This document shows, one piece after another, positions 25,196 to 32,000 of a stretch of 32,000 bases of DNA. The notes below the pieces were generated by a model, which ran no database searches, was not told the DNA's origin, and saw only the letters and a program-made list of their open reading frames with translations. A program made the position numbers and the translations under genes. The stretch is from Candidatus Saccharimonadota bacterium (GTDB taxonomy: Bacteria; Patescibacteriota; Gracilibacteria; UBA4473): positions 960,001-992,000 of the forward strand of contig JAUIFI010000001.1 of assembly GCA_030429505.1 (NCBI GenBank), in the 5' to 3' direction. The stretch's first letter is position 1, and the number at the start of each line of letters is the position of its first letter.

Positions 25196-25726
25196 ATGAA
25201 GCTCTTGGTAGGTCTAGGAAATCATGGGGAAAAGTACGAAAAAACAAGACACAATATAGGTTTTGTTGTTATGGATACTTTTATTTCAAAGTGTTCTGGA
25301 ACCCCTTTTAAAAAGGAAAAAAAATTCTTTGCTTCAATTAGTTATGGGCATATGAACCATGAAAAAGTGATTTTGGTAAAACCGGAAACCTATATGAATG
25401 CGAGTGGAAAAGCAATTACTGCTGTGAGAAATTTTTATAAAATTCCTGTTGAAGATATCATAATCTTTTTTGATGATGTTGATACTCCATTTGGAGAGAT
25501 TCGATTTCGAAGAAAAGGTAGTAGTGGCGGACACAATGGTATTAAATCCGTTATTCAGACCGTGGGGAGTGATGCCTTCTCAAGAATTAAATTTGGAATT
25601 AAAAATGAACACAAGCAAAAAATAGACACAGCTGACTTTGTCCTCCAAAAATTCTCTCCCGAAGAATGGGAGCAAGTACCAGACATAGTAGAAAAGGGAA
25701 TTCAACTCTCACTTGAAAATCTATGA
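25196..25726 (+). CDS. pth: Peptidyl-tRNA hydrolase
   Basis: Contains MKLLVGLGNHGEKYEKTRHNIGF and GSSGGHNGIKS, both canonical Pth motifs. The ATG is at 25196; the track start at 25160 is a TTG. Confidence 0.93.
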   Translation: MKLLVGLGNHGEKYEKTRHNIGFVVMDTFISKCSGTPFKKEKKFFASISYGHMNHEKVILVKPETYMNASGKAITAVRNFYKIPVEDIIIFFDDVDTPFGEIRFRRKGSSGGHNGIKSVIQTVGSDAFSRIKFGIKNEHKQKIDTADFVLQKFSPEEWEQVPDIVEKGIQLSLENL

Positions 25727-26250
25727 AACTTACGTTTAAAACTATCGGTCGAACTTTTATCTTTGAAAAAGCACACCAAGATTTTCCTATCGGATATCTC
25801 GTTGATTTTGTTATTAATCCAAGTACAGGAAAGTTTGAAGCAGCCTGGGTAAAAATAGGATCAGAACTTAAAATTATGAATTTTTTAGACATACAATCAT
25901 GGACAAGCAATAAGCTCATTATTAAAACAGAAGATGCGTTAAGCGAGCCGGAAAAATCATTACGCCTAAAAGAGATTATACGAAAAGAAGTCCCTATTCT
26001 GGGTGCAAAGGTATGGAATGGGAAGCAATACATTGGAAAAGTAACCAATTTTACTTTTGATACCCTCTCGCCTCGTATCGAAACTATTATTGTCGATAAA
26101 TGGAAATGGCTCTGGCGACAACAAAGAATCATTGCACGTACCCAAATCAGCAAAATAACACATCAAGGAATTTTTATTGTCGATAACAGCTTCGTTGACA
26201 CTCAAAAAACAGTAAAAAACAAAACCCTAGAAATACCAGAAGTAGATTAA
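25723..26250 (+). CDS. Tandem PRC-barrel domain protein
   Basis: ATGA overlap with the pth stop. Two segments resemble PRC barrels: PIGYLVDFVINPSTGKFEAAWV and ILGAKVWNGKQYIGKVTNFTFDTLSPRIETIIV. Confidence 0.5.
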   Translation: MKLTFKTIGRTFIFEKAHQDFPIGYLVDFVINPSTGKFEAAWVKIGSELKIMNFLDIQSWTSNKLIIKTEDALSEPEKSLRLKEIIRKEVPILGAKVWNGKQYIGKVTNFTFDTLSPRIETIIVDKWKWLWRQQRIIARTQISKITHQGIFIVDNSFVDTQKTVKNKTLEIPEVD

Positions 26251-26275
26251 ACAACAATTCCCTTCCTTCAATAGC

Positions 26276-26608
26276 TTAGTTTCTACTTATTTTGAAAAGA
26301 GAATGCCATTGTTCTAGTACTTTTCTTGTCTTATCCGAAACTGTTCCACAGAAAGATAAAGTTTTTAGGTATTCATAGGCTAAATCAGTTTGTTCAAAAG
26401 AAAATTTTTTATTACTTGATACAGAAAAAGAAGCGTAGTTATTCTCTCTAACAATACGATGAATCATTTGAAGAAGTACTTCTCTCAAGTTTTGTTCAGC
26501 GATTTCAAAATATTTATGTTTTTGATCGGGGGTAAATGAAGATTGAACCCTTCCAAAGGCTTTTATACCTTCATTAAGTTCTGTAGAGTCGTTTCTCATT
26601 TTTTCCAC
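26276..26608 (-). CDS. Hypothetical protein (110 aa), no recognisable family
   Basis: The ORF has its own consensus-like promoter immediately upstream. The start is GTG 26608 or ATG 26599. Confidence 0.5.
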   Translation of the reverse strand: MEKMRNDSTELNEGIKAFGRVQSSFTPDQKHKYFEIAEQNLREVLLQMIHRIVRENNYASFSVSSNKKFSFEQTDLAYEYLKTLSFCGTVSDKTRKVLEQWHSLFKISRN

Positions 26609-26614
26609 ATTAAA

Positions 26615-26643
26615 ATAATATTAAATATAGTCAAAAATGTCAA
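26615..26643 (-). promoter_or_regulatory. Sigma70-type promoter TTGACA-17-TATTAT
   Basis: On the minus strand the -35 is at 26643-26638 and the -10 at 26620-26615. The expected transcription start falls on or next to the GTG at 26608. Confidence 0.55.
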
Positions 26644-26649
26644 ACACCC

Positions 26650-26672
26650 AAAAAAAGCTTAATGTTGACATC
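26650..26672 (-). terminator. Extended 5S helix I followed by a U-run (likely rRNA operon terminator)
   Basis: Minus-strand RNA: AAGCUUGGUGUUGAC (plus 26771-26785) pairs with GUCAACAUUAAGCUU (plus 26655-26669), with further helix I pairs inside these. The helix runs into seven U (plus-strand A-run 26650-26656). Confidence 0.5.
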
Positions 26673-26779
26673 GACCTACTTTCCCAGGGCTATCCCCAAG
26701 TATCATCGGCGCTGGAGGACTTAACTGCTGAGTTCGGAATGGGATCAGGTGTACCCCCTCCGCTCGAGATGTCAACACC
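26661..26779 (-). rRNA. rrf: 5S ribosomal RNA
   Basis: The reverse complement reads ...CACCUGAUCCCAUUCCGAACUCAGCAGUUAAGUCCUCCAGCGCCGAUGAUACUUGGGG...GGGAAAGUAGGUCGAUGUCAAC. This is collinear with bacterial 5S as I recall it from E. coli. Confidence 0.93.
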
Positions 26780-26920
26780 AAGCTTTCTTGGTGTTATAAA
26801 AAAACAATAAAGACTTATAAGAATGATTATTACTTACAAAAGTAATTCATAGTAAATTCAATTTTACTTTCTCTACATTGCTCACCGAAAAGATAAACAA
26901 GCTTTTCATCTGAGTATTAT

Positions 26921-29893
<2,973 letters not shown>

Positions 29894-29919
29894 TCCCCGC
29901 TTGAGCGGGGATACTCAGA
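29894..29919 (-). other. 23S leader half of a processing stem (partner 26909-26917 in the trailer)
   Basis: Plus 29911-29919 ATACTCAGA is the exact reverse complement of plus 26909-26917 TCTGAGTAT. Between it and the 23S 5' end lies the hairpin CCCCGC-TTGA-GCGGGG (29895-29910). Confidence 0.6.
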
Positions 29920-30077
29920 CTTATTCATCTTTTGATGAACAATGTACAGAAAGCATGTTCTATACAAGTCTTATCTAATTATTTCTTTACTATTGTTTTT
30001 TATTAATTGTGTGCTGATACCGTCAAAGAACGTTTTCTATAAAACCAGCCTTCAACAAAAAAGCCAAAAGCCAACGC

Positions 30078-30105
30078 ATTGTATGGGTGTCTAATAATTT
30101 GTCAA
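30078..30105 (-). promoter_or_regulatory. Sigma70-type promoter TTGACA-16-TACAAT upstream of 23S
   Basis: On the minus strand the -35 TTGACA is at 30105-30100 and the -10 TACAAT at 30083-30078, about 180 nt upstream of the mature 23S 5' end. Confidence 0.55.
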
Positions 30106-30135
30106 ATTCTTTTTCTCAGAAAGAGTAGAAAGATT

Positions 30136-30810
30136 TCAATCATGGAAAAATGATTGTTTTATAATACGAAACCCGGTTTGAATACCAGTGGAAAATCCTT
30201 GCCCTTTTTGTCTGGCATGATAAGGATAAAAAACTGAGATGGGAACTTCACACCGTGAAAAACGACATTGTTGTACTCGCTTTAAAAATTCAGAACAAAA
30301 CTCAAATCCATTTGAAGAAACATTTATAGTTTCTGCAACTTCACGAGTAAATCCTCTCATACCACTTTGTGAATCCGTACTCCAAACTCCTAAAAACACT
30401 CCAGTTATTAAATTTGCTACTTTATTTGCCATTCTCACGAAAAAAGGAATATCATTCGCTTTCAAAAATCGAGAACCAATGACACAGTCATAGGTTTGCA
30501 AAGCTTCGAGTACAAAAGGGAGATCTTTTGCACAATGCTGCATGTCAGCATCAAGCGTTAGAAAATAAGAAAACTTCTTGTCCAATCCCCATTCAATTCC
30601 TGATTTTGTAGCCGCTCCCATGCCCTGATTAACCTCATGAGACAGAGTAAAGACACCTTCATCTTCTGCTTTTTGTAATGTCTGATCCACAGATCCATCA
30701 TTCACAACTAAAATATGATAAAAATCCGCCATACGTACCTCATTCACCACTTGATTAATAGTTTTGGCTTCATTCAAAGCTGGGATAATCACCAAGGTTT
30801 TGTCTTTCAT
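30136..30810 (-). CDS. Family 2 glycosyltransferase (polyprenol-phosphate sugar transferase-like)
   Basis: MKDKTLVIIPALNEAKTI...LVVNDGSVDQT...LTLDADMQH follows the GT2 DxD-type pattern. I place the start at ATG 30810. Confidence 0.75.
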   Translation of the reverse strand: MKDKTLVIIPALNEAKTINQVVNEVRMADFYHILVVNDGSVDQTLQKAEDEGVFTLSHEVNQGMGAATKSGIEWGLDKKFSYFLTLDADMQHCAKDLPFVLEALQTYDCVIGSRFLKANDIPFFVRMANKVANLITGVFLGVWSTDSQSGMRGFTREVAETINVSSNGFEFCSEFLKRVQQCRFSRCEVPISVFYPYHARQKGQGFSTGIQTGFRIIKQSFFHD

Positions 30811-30824
30811 TTCAAGCCATACTT

Positions 30825-30833
30825 TGCTATAAT
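30825..30833 (+). promoter_or_regulatory. Possible extended -10 promoter (TGcTATAAT) pointing toward tRNA-Arg
   Basis: TG at 30825-30826 followed by a perfect TATAAT at 30828-30833. There is no good -35. It would give a ~140-nt leader before the tRNA. Confidence 0.3.
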
Positions 30834-30978
30834 ACACCAGAATTATCAATGCTCTTTTTTTGTAGTTTCATACCACACGAGCAGAGCGGGTGCTCTGCGA
30901 GTGAGAGGAGGAAGTGATAAAGCTTCTGACGTCCCGAGCAACGTCGAGGGACAAAAGAAGCAATATCACTGACGACGA

Positions 30979-31053
30979 GCCCCCGTAGTTCAATGGATAG
31001 AACGGCGCCCTTCTAAGGCGAAAATCTAGGTTCGATTCCTAGCGGGGGTACCA
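30979..31053 (+). tRNA. tRNA-Arg (anticodon UCU), CCA encoded
   Basis: The cloverleaf was folded by hand. Acceptor GCCCCCG/CGGGGGU (G1-U72). D arm GTTC-AATGGATA-GAAC. Anticodon arm GCGCC-CTTCTAA-GGCGA (U33, anticodon TCT, A37). Variable region AAAT. T arm CTAGG-TTCGATT-CCTAG. Discriminator A followed by CCA. Confidence 0.93.
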
Positions 31054-31061
31054 CACTAAAA

Positions 31062-31096
31062 GCTCGGACATGGACTTGTGCCATGTCTGAGCTTTT
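31062..31096 (+). terminator. Rho-independent terminator after tRNA-Arg
   Basis: 12-bp stem GCTCGGACATGG / CCATGTCTGAGC (one G-U pair) with a 7-nt loop, followed by TTTT. Confidence 0.8.
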
Positions 31097-31291
31097 ACTG
31101 TCTCAGGCAAGAGAATTGGACCGTAGGTTCGCTGAAGCAAATGAGTGACTGATTCCACGAAGTGGAAGAGGGGAGCGAGTATTGCGAAACGTCGACCTCG
31201 GAGTCCCGACATATCGGGACGAGAATGAGAGATATTCCTAGAGAAGACATCAAGCTGAAGGTTCTGATACCAGTTCATTTTTTGGATGAAA

Positions 31292-31320
31292 TTGACAAAA
31301 AAATAGAACTATCCTAGAAA
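31292..31320 (+). promoter_or_regulatory. Candidate promoter TTGACA-17-TAGAAA for the 31378 gene
   Basis: -35 TTGACA at 31292-31297, a 17-nt spacer, and -10 TAGAAA at 31315-31320. Confidence 0.4.
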
Positions 31321-31377
31321 AAACATAGATTCAAGCATAATTTAAAGGATCTTTAACGCAAACGGAGGGTTTCATAT

Positions 31378-31803
31378 ATGGATACTCAGGTTCATATAAT
31401 ACCTATCATCGTTACGCATCTGTGCCATACAGGTAGGGGTATGTCAATAAAACGTGCTATGTCCACTGGCAATGTTGGAAAAGTAGAATGTATTATGCAG
31501 CGGAGTTACATTCAAGTAAGAGAAACGTCACCTTCTGTCTTCGAGATGATAAAAGCAACAGAATCTGAAAAACCTGAAGAGTGCTTTTTTCTCATAGGTT
31601 ATTGTGGATGGGACGATGGGTTTACAAATGTAGACTGGAGGAGTTTTCTGCCAAGTGATGTAGCCATATTTTTTGATGGCATGGTGTCAACACACCTCCA
31701 ATGGAAAGATATCAATTTAACTTCCTGTGGATTTGAAGCTCCCTCTGTTAATGCTTTAAAGGAGGCATTAAGTCGTACAGGAACGGTGTGCTACAAAAAA
31801 TAA
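31378..31803 (+). CDS. Hypothetical protein (141 aa), no recognisable family
   Basis: ATG is preceded by GGAGGG 8 nt upstream, one of the few clear SD sites in the window. A stem-loop and T-run follow the stop. Confidence 0.6.
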   Translation: MDTQVHIIPIIVTHLCHTGRGMSIKRAMSTGNVGKVECIMQRSYIQVRETSPSVFEMIKATESEKPEECFFLIGYCGWDDGFTNVDWRSFLPSDVAIFFDGMVSTHLQWKDINLTSCGFEAPSVNALKEALSRTGTVCYKK

Positions 31804-31811
31804 TGAATCAT

Positions 31812-31859
31812 AAAAGGGTTTCCAGAAGAGAAGCAACTCTCTTTCAGACACCCTTTTTT
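31812..31859 (+). terminator. Stem-loop with T-run between convergent genes
   Basis: Outer stem AAAAGGGT (31812-31819) / ACCCTTTT (31850-31857) with an inner GAGA/TCTC-based stem, followed by TTTTTT. Confidence 0.4.
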
Positions 31860-31874
31860 CTCTGTTCCAAAGAA

Positions 31875-32000
31875 TTACCCCACCTCCACCCCCCTCCAAA
31901 AAGCCACATATCCTTTGATCTCTTTAGCCGCATCACTCGGAGCAGGATAGTACCACGCAGATGCTTCATTCGTCTCTCCATCCACTACGACATCATAATA
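31875..32000 (-). CDS. DUF427-like protein, C-terminal 41 codons only (continues beyond the window)
   Basis: The reverse-strand translation from the window edge reads YYDVVVDGETNEASAWYYPAPSDAAKEIKGYVAFWRGVEVG*. The AW-x-YP-x-P...I-x-G-x-VAF tail is typical of DUF427. It is absent from the ORF track because it is shorter than 60 aa. Confidence 0.6.
   Translation of the reverse strand, partial: YYDVVVDGETNEASAWYYPAPSDAAKEIKGYVAFWRGVEVG

Noticed and set aside
25599-26153. 184-aa minus-strand ORF antisense to pth and the PRC-barrel gene. Similar antisense ORFs lie inside valS (6148..8034), the GLUG gene (10437..10880), pepA (11608..12066) and lysS (19385..19983).
   Set aside because: Each lies fully inside a well-supported gene on the other strand. 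Their composition is hydrophobic or low-complexity, typical of shadow ORFs.
31039-31278. 79-aa minus-strand ORF
   Set aside because: It runs antisense through the tRNA terminator and into the tRNA-Arg gene, and it has no SD or promoter.

Overview
Gene-dense, AT-rich bacterial chromosome segment, almost entirely housekeeping. The standard genetic code applies: TGA is a stop, and several gene pairs share 4-nt ATGA start/stop overlaps.

Contents, left to right:
- A 5'-truncated class A PBP with an Ig-like tail, plus a tightly abutting small membrane protein.
- An intergenic patch with two TTAC...GTAA palindromes, a GC-rich foldable ~107-nt candidate RNA and a tiny two-TM protein gene.
- tsaB-like, a TIM-barrel isomerase-like gene and valS (minus strand).
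- A ~1000-aa secreted GLUG-repeat beta-helix protein followed by a small acidic secreted protein.
- pepA, ftsQ-like, frr and murE (minus), then der (plus).
- recF and a lysS carrying an extra C-terminal domain (minus).
- A self-contained promoter-to-terminator unit encoding a PrgI/VirB3-like membrane protein and a VirB4-N-terminal-domain-like protein with no ATPase domain.
- A phospholipid head-group operon: YdjM-like, pgsA, CarS-like cytidylyltransferase, pgpA, flavodoxin-like reductase.
- ftsB/divIC-like, then pth plus a double PRC-barrel protein, then an orphan 110-aa gene.
- A 23S-5S rRNA pair with its own promoter and no adjacent 16S.
- A GT2 glycosyltransferase, then tRNA-Arg(UCU) embedded in hairpin-rich non-coding DNA.
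- An orphan 141-aa gene and the 3' end of a DUF427-like gene.

I saw no transposase, integrase, CRISPR array or recognisable defence or toxin-antitoxin system. The overall picture fits a reduced-genome lineage such as Patescibacteria/CPR: divergent core proteins, rare Shine-Dalgarno sites, rRNA genes unlinked from 16S, a large secreted repeat protein and T4SS-like fragments. That placement is inference only.

Most worth a second look:
- The orphan PrgI-like / VirB4-N-like unit and its structured 3' tail.
- The archaeal-type CarS-like enzyme wedged between pgsA and pgpA.
- The LysRS fused to a PTH2/DUF2000-like domain.
- The unclassified structured RNA candidate at 3414-3520.
- The membrane-anchored R-x4-H (HEPN-like) protein abutting the PBP.

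All family calls come from motif recognition by eye. No searches were run.
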